A stretch of DNA of 64,000 nucleotides, taken from positions 124,001 to 188,000 of the forward strand of contig BCKZ01000013.1 of NCBI GenBank assembly GCA_001600815.1, given 5' to 3'. The translations under genes and the position numbers were made by a program. Positions 25,551 through 37,999 of this stretch are shown here, one piece after another (position 1 is the first letter of the stretch; each line of letters starts with the position of its first letter). The notes beneath the pieces are model-generated. The model worked only from the letters and a program-made list of their open reading frames with translations, ran no database searches and was not told the origin of the DNA. The DNA comes from Alloascoidea hylecoeti (taxonomy: Eukaryota).

Positions 25551-26029
25551 GAAAATGATTTAGATCCCAATAAACCCCAAAATTTATAATTCCTAAAGGG
25601 ATTTAATAGAAAAAGTGGAAACCATTTTTTAGGAGCAGACCCAACGATAATAAAACAAGTCGGGATCATAAAAAATATTATGGCCCAAAAGCTCTCTTGT
25701 GTGAATGTGGAGGTAAATATTGGAGAATTTGGTACAGGTATCACTTTTAATTCGCCATTGAGGAAGGATTATATAGTCACTGTAGTGTGTGTATTTTCGA
25801 CATTCTGGAATTCATTAATTAGTTACTAGGTGACCCATTTCATTATTGAATGCTATTTCGTCATTTGCTCCATAATAATTTTCTCGCCAGATTCGTCAGG
25901 CATGTGAATATCAATTAGCCACGAATTGGTGTGTACCGGTATAGTTTGTAATTACAGTAATACGTTGATTCGAAGGAGGGACAAAGTATTATGGGGATAT
26001 TTGTAGACATTCATTGTTTTTCCCCTTCT

Positions 26030-26719
26030 AATTTTTTATGGGCGTTCAGATGAATAGACAGGAATTGTAGCTGTTCTAGGACCGATTCCTAATTCAAAGA
26101 AAAATCTTGTGATAAATGTATGCCACCATATACTTGAAAAAGCTTTCCACAGACAAGTCAAAGCTGAAATCAAATGAGAAATGAAAGTTATTCTTTTTCT
26201 ACCAAAAGGTTCATTCAAAATTTTGGCTAAAAAGCAAGAAATACAGCAACAATGATATTATCCTGAATTCATTAAACATTATCGTTAATTATTTCTCCAA
26301 GTTCAAATAAATTTGATAACAGTCTTATCCATACCTTGAACTACTAACGAACATAAAATCACCAACAGATCATTAAATTCTCAGAAAGCCATCACTCATG
26401 CCCCATCCAATCCCTGAGAGTTTGTTTTACTTTCTCAGATATAACATGTAAAATTTTATACCGGTATACCATTTATTCAGAACCTTCAGGGTCTCTAGCA
26501 ATGGTACCACCTTTTTAGAGTTTAATATCTACTTGTGATCCATTTGAAGAGCATAAGCTCCAGGTATATTCATACTATATTACTCCTTCTGTAAAATAAA
26601 ATGGTAGATCTAGATTGTTGATATTTTTAGTTTGCTTGTGTCATGAGAACATTTTCCGTATGAACAAGCTTTAGTTTCCTCAAGTGAGAAACAGGTGCGC
26701 TTCAATTACATCTCTCCAT
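26030..26719 (-). pseudogene. MFS sugar/polyol transporter pseudogene, 5' fragment
   Basis: VQGMDKT, NEPFGRK, TRFFFELGIGPRTATIPVYSSE; many stops; 5' end homologous to 31430-31540. Confidence 0.75.
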
Positions 26720-26851
26720 AGGTAGTGAATTCAAAACCATTAAAAAGATTAATTATTTGTGTGTGACATAATACTATCGGGGGTAAATTTGGGAGTGTAC
26801 TACTTTTTAAATATACCATAGAATATCTTCTAGAAATATGTTAAGCGAAAT

Positions 26852-26908
26852 TTGAAGTAATTCTAATTGAAGTAATTCTAATTGAAGTAATTCTAATTGA
26901 AGTAATTA
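26852..26908. repeat. 15-bp tandem repeat (ttgaagtaattctaa), about 3.7 units
   Basis: Directly visible. Confidence 0.9.
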
Positions 26909-26999
26909 CAACCAACTGGCCGGATATCTAAACATATAATTTAAGTAACCATAGTTCTTCAGTTTCCAAAATAAATTGAACTTACTGAATTATCAGTAA

Positions 27000-27420
27000 A
27001 GCAAATCCTGGGACTAAATCACGATGAATTGGTTTTGTGATAAGGATATAGTATAGAGGTGTTGGAGTGGCCGCCCTTTTCACTGGGCCAGCACTTATGG
27101 AACCTCCTCAAAATCTTTCATCAAGAGGCAGGAATTGCGATTTCGAACCTTTCACAATGGTGTCAAAATCAAGAAAAGCATAATGTTTATGTCACTTTCA
27201 AAATATTGGGACCTCGTGGATGAGGATATCACTCATAATATGATTGACCCCATGCCTCGTAATTAAGGTGGCAGCCATTTATAGAGTCAAGGGCTCGAGA
27301 AATAAATATCAAACTTAAAATATCATTTTCTACACAAAAATAAAAGATGGAATTTGCGGTATATTAAGTACCATATTAAGAACAGCTTAAGGCTTTGTAG
27401 AGAGTACTCAAAAGATTGTT
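27000..27420 (+). mobile_element. 3' fragment of the Tc1 family seen at 12.3-13.5 kb
   Basis: IEVLEWPP motif and downstream DNA homologous to 13090-13425. Confidence 0.7.
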
Positions 27421-30400
27421 ATAATATTTGCATTTTTGCTTGGAGTAGTATCAACTTAAATTATTAAGAAACCCGACTTTGTTTTACAATATATAATAGA
27501 ATTTAGAGTGTTATTGATATTTTTTATGGTTGGTGTAAGTGGAACGACAACCGTTCACGCAGATACACAGTAAAAAGACAAAAACTATAAAATTCAACCG
27601 AATTATTTATTGTTACACAAGTTGTATGTATCTTTAAGGAGGCTTAGGGGAATCTGTTTATAGGTTTTAGAAGTCTTTGGCGTAGAATACGCCATAAATA
27701 TGGGTGCATGTCCTCCGGAACATTTACTATTTCCATGGTTTCAACTTTCAATGTCGAAATATCATCTCATTCGCGTATACGTATTAACTTTAGAAGATGA
27801 CCTATTCAAATTTTCCAGTGGTTTGCATGACTCTGCCGTTTATATGTGTGGACATGGCGAATGGTGCGGAGGACGTGCATCCATCTTTACGAAGTCTTCC
27901 GCCTGCTGAAAGATAGTACTTCTAAAAAATCTATAGTGTGGGTCACTGAAAATGAACATTGATATCCTTTTTCTTCCCTCGAATATTGCTCTACAGAAAT
28001 TGCTTGCAACTTCATACGGAAGTACAAATACATGCATATGCAACTATTATACATATATTCGTCTAGATGAGGTAAAATGTACTACTTATATATGGAGGGG
28101 CTATAACTTATAATTAAGAAATAGGGATAAAGAATTTGACAAAGAAGTGTAGAAATTAATATGAAGCGACAGGATTTACATATATCATTTATCTACCTTT
28201 TGTTATATTTCATATAACTTAAGTTATTTTGGTGTTAGCTCTTTTGGGTTTCCAAAATATATTTTTATTTTCAATGATGACGACAAGATATATACATAAA
28301 TAAGAAATTGTAATAATATATTGAGTTGAGAACCTGAGACACTGTATATTAAATAAAGGTTTATCTATTTATATACCGAGCTATCTATTTGAAATGAAGT
28401 TCAAATGATGTGGTGTAGTATATTATGACATACCCCCACAACAAGAGAGTGGTTTAACTACTTGGTATTGTAGATGTTGAGACGATGTTGTTGATGTAAC
28501 TGGTGAATTAACTTCAAAGTGCATCTACCCAGCTAATGATAACATATGGTTGAACTAGGGTGAATTATCCCGTTTAGTTGGATATTTGTTGTAATTATCA
28601 TGGCCTTTGACATAAGAAGAAAGATACAATTGGATATATAGATCTGTTAGGATTAATGAGGTTGATCAGAAAAGTTACCATTTTTATTTTCATTGGATGT
28701 CTTAATTGACTGAATTATAGTTGTATGACATTTTCGTGCTGGTATATGATTTGAGACTTGTTTAATCCTGTTGAATGAATGCTGTTGTATGAGTCTTGTT
28801 TATATGAGTCTTGTTTATATTGTATTTAGTGACGAATGTTTGGTCGTTCCAATCTAAAAAACTATACATTCGACAACGGTAAAACCAGGCATTTGAACAA
28901 AATATTATTTATAATAAAAGGAAGTCTGGGTAAATCATCTTAATTTCCGATCTAATACTCCCGACATCAAACAATGCAATTGTAATCACTTAGGAAGCAT
29001 AATATGAAAAATAGGGTGATTATTGTTATTTAAAATTCAAAGGAACTTTTTAACTAATCACGATAGTTTCTTTAGCACTTTACCTTAAGTCATTTTCGTG
29101 ATAGCTATTTTTCTTGTACAAATTCAAAAACAATATTGATTTAAAATTTATGAAACATACAATTTGGAAAGGAAAATATACTAATAATGCGTACTATCAA
29201 AACATAAAAATTAAGTGCTACGCTTAAATACTCTGTTCTAGTAGTTATAAATATAAATGTCTTGATTTTGGGCGATGGATATTCATTTTTAGACCTATTC
29301 AACCATATATATTTCCCTTATGGCCGCATATATGGAGATATAAATGATCATTCTGCGACTGAGTAGATTTTAAATCAATCGTAGCATGATTATATTAATT
29401 AAACTAGACCTAATTTATAACTAGCATGTAGATATTTCTTAACCTATGTCATTATAATACCAAGTCTGAATCTACAATTAAATTATTGATAAGTGTACTA
29501 CATGTTAATGTAACTAAAGTTGACTAATATATAATATGTTTCTGGGTCTTATAGTTGCACTTGACAATCTTCATAATAGTTGCTACATCTAGATATATGC
29601 TTGACATTGATAATTTTAAAGTATACATGTATTGTTAGGGCTTTTGGTGATCCAATTGTTAAACATTTACATTTATTTTATTTGTGAGGATAGAGTTATT
29701 ATTAAAATCTTCCATCTTGCTCTGGCAAAATTCAATTACTATAAAACTTTTTATTTTAAAGACGAACATTAAGATTAAATCATTACATAATCCATAAATG
29801 AAAAATAATTGCCTCTGGTTGTAATTGTTAAGAAGTTGAGTTTGTAAAACTTTAATTAATGCTACGCGTATGCATATTCATATATACTTGATTGGGAACT
29901 TGCAAGAGTGCCATTTCTTTTGCAGGGTACCGGTACATAATACCCGTTCATGTATATGCAGCTATTAAGTATCATGAAAAACACAAAAATCTAAAACCTA
30001 TTTTAAAATTCAACAAAATTATTCCCCATATAAAAATTAAATTTATCTTTAATGAAACACAGGAGAATCTAGAAATCATTTTTAATATGGTACGGATTAT
30101 CGAAAATGAACAGGCTTTAGAAAAATCAAAAGAATCTGACCAGAACACCAAAATCAGTTCATTTATAATATGAAAGACGATGAAAGGTAGATAAATGGAA
30201 ATTATAGATCATGTCGTTTCAAATTATTTCTTGCACTTCTCTATCAATTATTGTTTCCCTATTTCTTAAATATTTAGGCCTCCAGATTGAATGATCATAC
30301 AAATATTTAAGAAGTAGGGTCAAGTTCGCAGTATATAATCACGTACAATAAAAGTAGTAGATTTTACTTTATCTAGATGAGTGTATGCATATGACTGTTG

Positions 30401-30497
30401 TGTTATTTCCTTATGGCGTAATCAAACTTCAACTGCATGCATATTTCTTGTTGCGGAAGAAAAAGGATGTTCATTTACACATATTTAGAAACGGTTG

Positions 30498-30858
30498 GTT
30501 CAGCAGGTGGAATACGTCGTAAATATGGATGCATGCGCTCCGCACCATTCACCATTTCCACGGTTTCATTAAGGTATAATATAGGAAATATCATCGTACT
30601 TGTGTTAACTCTAGAAGAAGACCCAGTCAATTTTGGGCTGCTCATCTATTGCATATATTGGATCATATCGGCGCTAATTCATATATGTGCTAGAATCACG
30701 CAAAGCACTTAACACAGTGTAAAAATTGACTGGGTCTTCTTCTAGAGTTAACACAAGTACGATGATATTTCCTATATTATACCTTAATGAAACCGTGGAA
30801 ATGGTGAATGGTGCGGAGCGCATGCATCCATATTTACGACGTATTCCACCTGCTGAAC
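30498..30858. repeat. Perfect inverted repeat: 137-bp arms (30498-30634 and 30722-30858), 87-bp spacer
   Basis: Arms are reverse complements by eye; ORFs 30437..30712(+) and 30674..30877(-) share an identical peptide. Confidence 0.93.
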
Positions 30859-31458
30859 GGTAAACGACACCAAACACTCTTAGAAGCTATAAAAAAATAA
30901 TTGAAAGATTCTCCTGTGACTCATCAAAGAAAAATCCACTTCATATATAGAAACAATTTTTTTCCGCTTACATCAACTATGATAGAACAAATATCAAAAT
31001 TACTTGGTTCCTACTCCCTGTTCTAGCTTTCCAGGACTTCAAAGAAATGATAATATAAAAAATATGCTGATCACTCTAAATTTTATTATATTGTACACCA
31101 AAGACATTTGTCTTACAATATTGATATTAATTGAGTAATAAAGTTGCTGATCATTCTATAAATATAACATTAATTTTCCAATATTTGCTATATTACAATC
31201 CATGTAAACGTATTGGAAAAGATTTATTTAGGTAGAACTTTATATAATTATTGATTGTAAAGAATGATAAAACAGGATGATATATAATTACAAATATAAG
31301 AATCAAAGATTATCACACGAGCTATACTGTAGCTAGTATATATAAGGACCTATCTTCCTACTTTTCATTTCTCCTCTATTAATATTACAACTAATAATTA
31401 TTTCCTTAACTGGTATGAACAATTGAAAGTGATTATGATGGCTTTGAATTCACCAGCT

Positions 31459-33060
31459 ATGGAAAGAAATGGTTAAAGCCCATCTGATTCTCATCTGGAG
31501 AAACCAGAACTTGCTCATAGATAAAATATTCCCATAGCACAGAATCCAGCTGAATATATCTATAATCTATTACTTCAGCTTACAGAAGAAAGGGTAATGA
31601 ATATATCCAGAGATCATACTCTTCAAATGATATTGAACTCCCTAAAAAAGGTTGCATCATCGTCATAGATCGTGAAGGTTTCGAATAAATGGGTATGATC
31701 TTTTTATCTGGTATTTTTATATGGGGAAGTAAAAAAAACTTATAGGGTGATCTGGCACATGGATGAAGACTTTCTAAAGATTTATGGGTATTGATCATTT
31801 TATGCTCACTGGGTGTAGTTCAAGGTGCAAATTCTATCCTGAAGATATAAATCTTTCTGTTGTTATATTTCTTGAGTTTTAACTGATGCTTTGGATAATC
31901 CTCTTGGAATAATTTTCATTTATTCTTTTATTTGAGCTTTGACATGTCACTGGGTTACTTTTCCACAAATTATTTGAGTGCATACATTTATTACAAAATC
32001 CTTCTTGGGATCAGAAATCGGTCCTGATTCTGCTAAAATACCTGTTTATATTTCTGAATATACTCCAGATAAAATGAAAGGTTATAACGTTATGTATCAT
32101 CATTGAATTTTTATCATATTAAAGATACTAAACATACGCTTGGACAAAACTGGAGACTGATGTAGGATCAGCCTTGCTTTCAGCAGTTATTTTGTGTTGA
32201 ACGATAGTTAGCTGTCCCGAATATCCGAGATGGCTCAATGGTAAAAGTAGACAGACTGATGCTTTTTGAAGTATGAAGGGTTTAAAGAACTTGGAACTAA
32301 TAACTCCATGAAAATTTATTTTTGTGTTATTTTAGAACAAGAAGAAATATTGAAGAAATAGAACTTGGGAATTATTTACTATTAGATCTTGGATTCTTAT
32401 TGGTAAACATTCTGTGCTATCAATGTTAACGCTTACTACTGCCCCAGAATATTTGATGATTCTAGGTTTGGCGAGATCCAAGCTTTACTTGGTTCATAGG
32501 GGTTTGGTATGGTTAGTCCGTTGTTTACATTACCAGCTATTTTTATAATTGATGAATTGGGAAGGAGAAGACTATCGTTATCTATTTTAAATTATTAGTT
32601 TGTTGTACAATACAAAGCACCATAACAATTAAAACAAAGTTCCAGGTTGCATACCAACTATAGGCATCCCGTCGTTCAAAAGCTGCAAGTAATGAAGGCC
32701 ATGTTACTGATAGAATAAAATTGAAAACCCAAGATGTAGCTTACCCCATTCCTAATTCACAGATATATAATGGGAACGTTTCGGCTGATTAGGTAAATGG
32801 AACTGATCTTGCATTTTTATTGTTTTCTTGAATCCAGAATGCAAATTCTGGAATTAATAGAAATTTGCGCGGTTCCATTTACTTACGCAGCTGAAGCTTT
32901 TCCGTATATATTCGGGAATTAGGAAGTGGTGGCCTAAATGATTGTTTTTCAATTTTATTCTATCAGTAACATCGTCTTGATTACAAGCAGATTTTAAACT
33001 ACAGGATCCCTTTGGCTGGTATGCATCCTGGGACTTTGTTTTTTTTTATGGTGCTTTGTA
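31459..33060 (+). pseudogene. MFS sugar/polyol transporter pseudogene with an internal inverted duplication
   Basis: SLGVVQG, IGPDSAKIPV, CPEYPRWL, DELGRRRL, VPFTYAAEAFP, FNFILSVT, GWYASW; heavily disrupted. Confidence 0.8.
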
Positions 33061-34049
33061 ACATTAGAATAATTAGAAACTGTCTTCTCTCCTCCAGTTC
33101 ATATATTATAGTATTAATATAATTTATTATTTTTAATAATCAAGGGGTAGTTCAGCGAGTTGACTACTACGTATATTGTAGTTATACTAGCTTTATAGTG
33201 GAAACATTCTCCAATGTCAGCTTATTAGATCTCGATGGGTATAGGGCAAATTAGTAGTGTGATCTGCCAGTTATTGAATGACTTGTTAATTAAACTCTTT
33301 GAAAAATACTAATTTGTCTACGAGGTTGTATCTCTTAGTGCCGCTCTGTGTTCCATTTTTTTTAATAAATTGAACTCATACATATACCAAATCTCCCCAT
33401 TAATCTTCGGGTACCCATTCACATAGGATAGTTTCTGTGGCATAGTTCCTATTTATTCTATTCGATATCTTTAGAAAACATCACTCTTGCGGTTTACTAG
33501 ATTCTAATCATCACCAAATCAGTCCTGTCACCTTTTTTCAATCACTTATTTGATCAAATTTCAAGCATTCAAAATCCCGTTATTTCTTGTCTTCAGATCC
33601 ATTTAATTCCTGTCCTCTCTCGAATAAAGCTTAATATAAGACGACTTCATTTTCTTGATGTTTTGAATTTCGGGGTTCCCGCTGCAATTCCCTACTTATA
33701 ATCTAGTTTTTTAAGGGTTATAACAGCTACGGATAAGTAAACCGATCTTCCTAATTCTTGATGTCATTTAAAATATAGATCCGAAAATTTGGAGGAATCA
33801 ATGTTACAGGATTTCAATTAGGGAATTAACCTATAATTATATATGTTGAGAGCACCTTTCTGGAATACGAAACACCTATAATTAAGGGGGAAATGCTACG
33901 GCTCTCTTGCTTGATTTTCTTGGAAATATATGATAAAACATTGACTTCCTGAAAATACTTCTTTGTCTAAAACTCCAGGTATATCACCAATCAACTCAGA
34001 AGACGCAAGTTCATATAGAGTCATTTCACTTAATCTTGACTTCCTCGTA

Positions 34050-34330
34050 GACTAAATATTAGGCCGCATGAGGTACTGAAATTCGGCTACATTATAAACT
34101 AATGTTGGGCACATTATGTATTTTATTTGACCACATTATAGACTATAATGCGGCCTCTCCATTAAATATGTTAAGCAACAAATATTGATGAACAAAAATA
34201 GCTTATTTGTTGAACTAATAATCGACAGTGTAGTGACGAATGTTGGGTCACTTAAGGTACTAAATAATCGCTTACTGGATACACTAATGTTCGGCCACAT
34301 CATTGAATAAATATATCATTTGACACACTT
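34050..34330 (+). repeat. Degenerate array of TTCGRCCAC-like motifs upstream of the F-box gene
   Basis: taaatattaggccgc, attcggctac, tgttgggcac, tttgaccac, tgttcggccac at about 20-bp spacing; similar to the 51.8 and 57.8 kb arrays. Confidence 0.55.
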
Positions 34331-34460
34331 GACCCCTTTGTCACTAGATTTCACAAGTAAATTGTAACCCCCTTATTTTCTTTCTACATTATTATTAGAA
34401 AAAACCATAATATTATTGAAAACCACTAGTTTTCAATACTAATTTAAACAATTACAATAT

Positions 34461-35723
34461 ATGTTCTCACCCAAAAGTACTGGGACGAGAATCGACTTTG
34501 TTCCCGACCTCCCTTACGAAATATTTGATATAATCTTCTCAGATTTCCCAATCAAAACTTTACTTAATTGTAAAAGAGTTTCGAAATTATGGAAACAAAT
34601 ATTTGAAAATGATCGTATATGGAGATCAAAATTTCAACAAAAATCTTGGAAATACTATAATGATGATTCCGAAACTGATTCTTGGTATGAATTATACAAG
34701 GAACGTCATCTATTAGAATTGAATTGGAAAAATGGTACATTTACTCAGCATAGATTAAGTGGTCATTCTCACAGAACATGTTGTGTTAAATTTTTCAAAA
34801 ATTGGATTTTAACCGGTTCAAGCGATTGTACAATAAGAATTTGGGATAAAGAAACTTTTCAATGTTTAAGAATTTTAGGTAAACTAAATCTTAAAACTAA
34901 AGGTAGAGGACCACCAGGTTCGGAAAAGTTGGAATCAACAAAAGAGTTTCATTTCCTTGCAATTACTTGTATGGAAATTAATGATAAATATTTGGTTTCT
35001 GGTTCAGATGATTGCTCTTGTATAATTTGGTTATTACCAGAACTTAAACCAATCGATCGTCTATTAATACCGATAGAAGGAAGTTCTTCTTCGGGTATAA
35101 GAGATGTCGCTTTATACAATGATTATATTGTAAGTTGTGATTATTACCATGCTTGGGTTTGGAAATCAAGTCCTGATAATTTAGAACATCCATTACGATT
35201 TAATTTACAACACCATTTAAAAGCAGATACTTTCATTAATGGTATTTACGTTTATAACGGTATTATATATGTTAGAGATTTTGGAGCTATAATATTCTGG
35301 AATATTGAAACTGGTCAAATCATCCGTCTATTTCGATATGATCAAGTAAAATCCATGGCAGTAGGTGATCAATATTTATTTGTTGGGCGCAAACAAATAA
35401 CAGTTCGGGATTTACAATCAAATAAATTAGTAAATGATTTGCCAGAACAATATAACGGACAATATACGTCACCAGTTCAATTATCAGTATATGATAATAA
35501 ATTCATTTCTGTTTTTGAAGATTGTAGTATTAAAATTTGGAATTTAAACGATTTAAAATTATTTAAGGAATTCAAAAAATTAGAATATGGAGAATTATAT
35601 TTAAGGCCTGATTTTTCAATTGGTATTGATTCTAAAAGGCTAGCAGCTTTTTCTTTGTATGGTGATGCTGTTATTTATGATTTTACAGAAAATTTACGGA
35701 AAAAATATTTAAAACATTTATAA
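34461..35723 (+). CDS. F-box/WD40 repeat protein (divergent SCF substrate adaptor)
   Basis: F-box LPYEIFDIIFS..LLNCKRVSKLWK; LELNWKNG; WD40 GHSH..TGSSDCTIRIWD and VSGSDDCSCIIW. Confidence 0.9.
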   Translation: MFSPKSTGTRIDFVPDLPYEIFDIIFSDFPIKTLLNCKRVSKLWKQIFENDRIWRSKFQQKSWKYYNDDSETDSWYELYKERHLLELNWKNGTFTQHRLSGHSHRTCCVKFFKNWILTGSSDCTIRIWDKETFQCLRILGKLNLKTKGRGPPGSEKLESTKEFHFLAITCMEINDKYLVSGSDDCSCIIWLLPELKPIDRLLIPIEGSSSSGIRDVALYNDYIVSCDYYHAWVWKSSPDNLEHPLRFNLQHHLKADTFINGIYVYNGIIYVRDFGAIIFWNIETGQIIRLFRYDQVKSMAVGDQYLFVGRKQITVRDLQSNKLVNDLPEQYNGQYTSPVQLSVYDNKFISVFEDCSIKIWNLNDLKLFKEFKKLEYGELYLRPDFSIGIDSKRLAAFSLYGDAVIYDFTENLRKKYLKHL

Positions 35724-36364
35724 TCTGGTAACGAAAACTATCTAATGATGATAACATCTATTTATAGAGGGAGCTGATGAATTGGGGCCTGGACTAGACA
35801 CTAAGTTTGATCATCATAATAATGATATATGTTAGTGAGGGTATCTCTAGCTAGATAGTTGAAATAATTGAGTTTAACGGTGAAGATTACGACAGCTGAA
35901 GAATGAGGAGTATTATTAAACATAACAGAATTGGGATGACAAATCAAATGAAAATAAACTCACGATCAGTTATGTGGAATTGAAAATATATATTGTTGAA
36001 ATAGAACCTCACTCCTCATGCATGCGCGGATTTTACTTTCTTTTCTTATAAATATTATTAGCTTACACATTATGTGGTTATATCCTTATATTTTTAAAGA
36101 ATATTAACATCATTATGTATCCAAAAATATTAATATTGTAAGTTGTAATCGTTTCATAGAATTATCATGATGTGTGATAATCGTGGTCAATACTTGTGAA
36201 GCAAGATCTGACAGGAAATTGAGTCCTCACAAAACAAATTTGCAGTCTTTACTCTCCTTTTGTTGTAAAAGAAGATTCCAACTTCAGATTTAAAACTTGA
36301 TACACTGAATTCTCTATATCCCGGAAGTTTTTCATACTGTTGTCGGGGAATAAGTCCCATCGGA

Positions 36365-36450
36365 TCACGTGTATCTTATATTAGATTTTGGGAAATTCAT
36401 GCATGAAGTTTTTTTAGCCATTAAATTTTTTTTCATCCCATCTACCTCAT
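36365..36450. promoter_or_regulatory. Possible ribosome-biogenesis promoter motifs (TCACGTG and RRPE-like AAATTTT..TTCA)
   Basis: Motifs 70-160 bp upstream of NOP53; AT-rich context makes chance matches possible. Confidence 0.3.
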
Positions 36451-36520
36451 TTTTATATTCGTCTTTTTTGATACATAGATATTCTACTAACGAAATAAGT
36501 GAATATATATTTTTATCAAT

Positions 36521-37765
36521 ATGCCTGAATTAAACCGACCTGCAACAACAAAGCAGTCTTCTAGAAAAGGTAAACGAAGTTGGAGGAAGAATATTGATCT
36601 TACTGAAATTAGTACTGCTCTTGAATCTAATAGAGAAGATGAAATTATACTTGGTAAAAAATTTAATGATGAAACAGATAATTTATTCAAATTAGATACA
36701 AAAGGAGATGATAAAATTGATAATATGGTTAAACAACAACAAAAACAAGGAAAATTATTAAAAAGCGAGGAAATTTTAAATAAAAGAAGTGCAATTCCTG
36801 GACTAATACAAAAACATCATGAAAAAAAGAAGAAGAAATTTGAAGGTGTTTCAAGTAAAGAATTAACTCGTTTATTAGAAGTTGCTGGTAAAAAAGGTAA
36901 TAGATCATTAGCTGCTACAATAGATAAACATGGACTTGTTAATACACCAGTTTTTGATGTTTGGGGTGATGAACCAGATAAAGAATCAAAAAAAATAAAA
37001 AAAATATTAATGGATCCAATAAGTTCAAAAAAATCAGAAATAGTACCTTCATCAATGAAACAAGAACCAATATCATTTAAAGCTGATTCTAATAATGTTG
37101 GTAATGTTGATATTCCTCATGCTGGAAAATCTTATAACCCTTCTTTGGAATCATGGCAAGCATTGTTAAAACTTGAATATGAAAAGGAAAAGAAACGACA
37201 AGATCAATTTGAAGTTTTACGACTTAAGAAGGAAAAAATTCAACATTTAATTGATACTTTTGAAGAGGTTGAAGAAGGTGAAAGTGATGATGAAAGTGAA
37301 GAAGAAGAGCAAGATGTTTCTGAAGGATTAGGTTTATCTGCAAATAAGCCAATTATTGCTAAAAAGAAGACAAAAGCCCAAAGAAATAGAATTAAGAGAC
37401 ATGAAGAACGTTTAGCTTTAGAAAAAGATCTAAAAGAACTAAAAGCACAATATAAAGAACTTCAAAAAGTTGATGAAATTCAAAAAGAAGTCATTTTAAA
37501 AACTGAATCAAAAGTTGAAAAACAGACAAAACAAAGAAAACGACGGTTAGGAAAGCATTATATTATGCCAGAACAATTAGAAATAAAACTTAGTGATGAA
37601 TTATCTGGATCCTTGAGAACGTTAAAACCAGAAGGTAATGCTTCAAAAGATAGGTTTAGAAGTTTACAGGAGAGAGGAAAAATTGAAGCTCGTGTTCCTG
37701 TTGCAAAGAAGAGACGTTATAAACCAAATGTCACTGAAAAATGGACCTACAAAGACTTTAAATGA
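36521..37765 (+). CDS. NOP53: 60S ribosome biogenesis factor Nop53
   Basis: QSSRKGKRSWRKNID, LFKLD, GKSYNP, ELSGSLRTLKPEGN, C-terminal EKWTYKDFK. Confidence 0.95.
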   Translation: MPELNRPATTKQSSRKGKRSWRKNIDLTEISTALESNREDEIILGKKFNDETDNLFKLDTKGDDKIDNMVKQQQKQGKLLKSEEILNKRSAIPGLIQKHHEKKKKKFEGVSSKELTRLLEVAGKKGNRSLAATIDKHGLVNTPVFDVWGDEPDKESKKIKKILMDPISSKKSEIVPSSMKQEPISFKADSNNVGNVDIPHAGKSYNPSLESWQALLKLEYEKEKKRQDQFEVLRLKKEKIQHLIDTFEEVEEGESDDESEEEEQDVSEGLGLSANKPIIAKKKTKAQRNRIKRHEERLALEKDLKELKAQYKELQKVDEIQKEVILKTESKVEKQTKQRKRRLGKHYIMPEQLEIKLSDELSGSLRTLKPEGNASKDRFRSLQERGKIEARVPVAKKRRYKPNVTEKWTYKDFK

Positions 37766-37999
37766 TTTTACTTTTATTTTCTAATTTCCATATATCGTAT
37801 ATAACTGAGTTATATCTACTTTATAATTATATATCATGATCATATCGCTATATCAGTATCAATTATCTTCAAAAATTATCTAGCCTAACATTAATGTCAT
37901 TGTGAATAGAAACAGATGATACATGTATGATTATATATTGCATACGTATATGTTGTAATAATAAATAAACAAAAATAATCGCAAGCACACGGTCTCAAT

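Noticed and set aside
29892..30173. 93-aa ORF near the centre of the mirror duplication
   Set aside because: Non-ATG start, AT-driven composition, no recognisable motif
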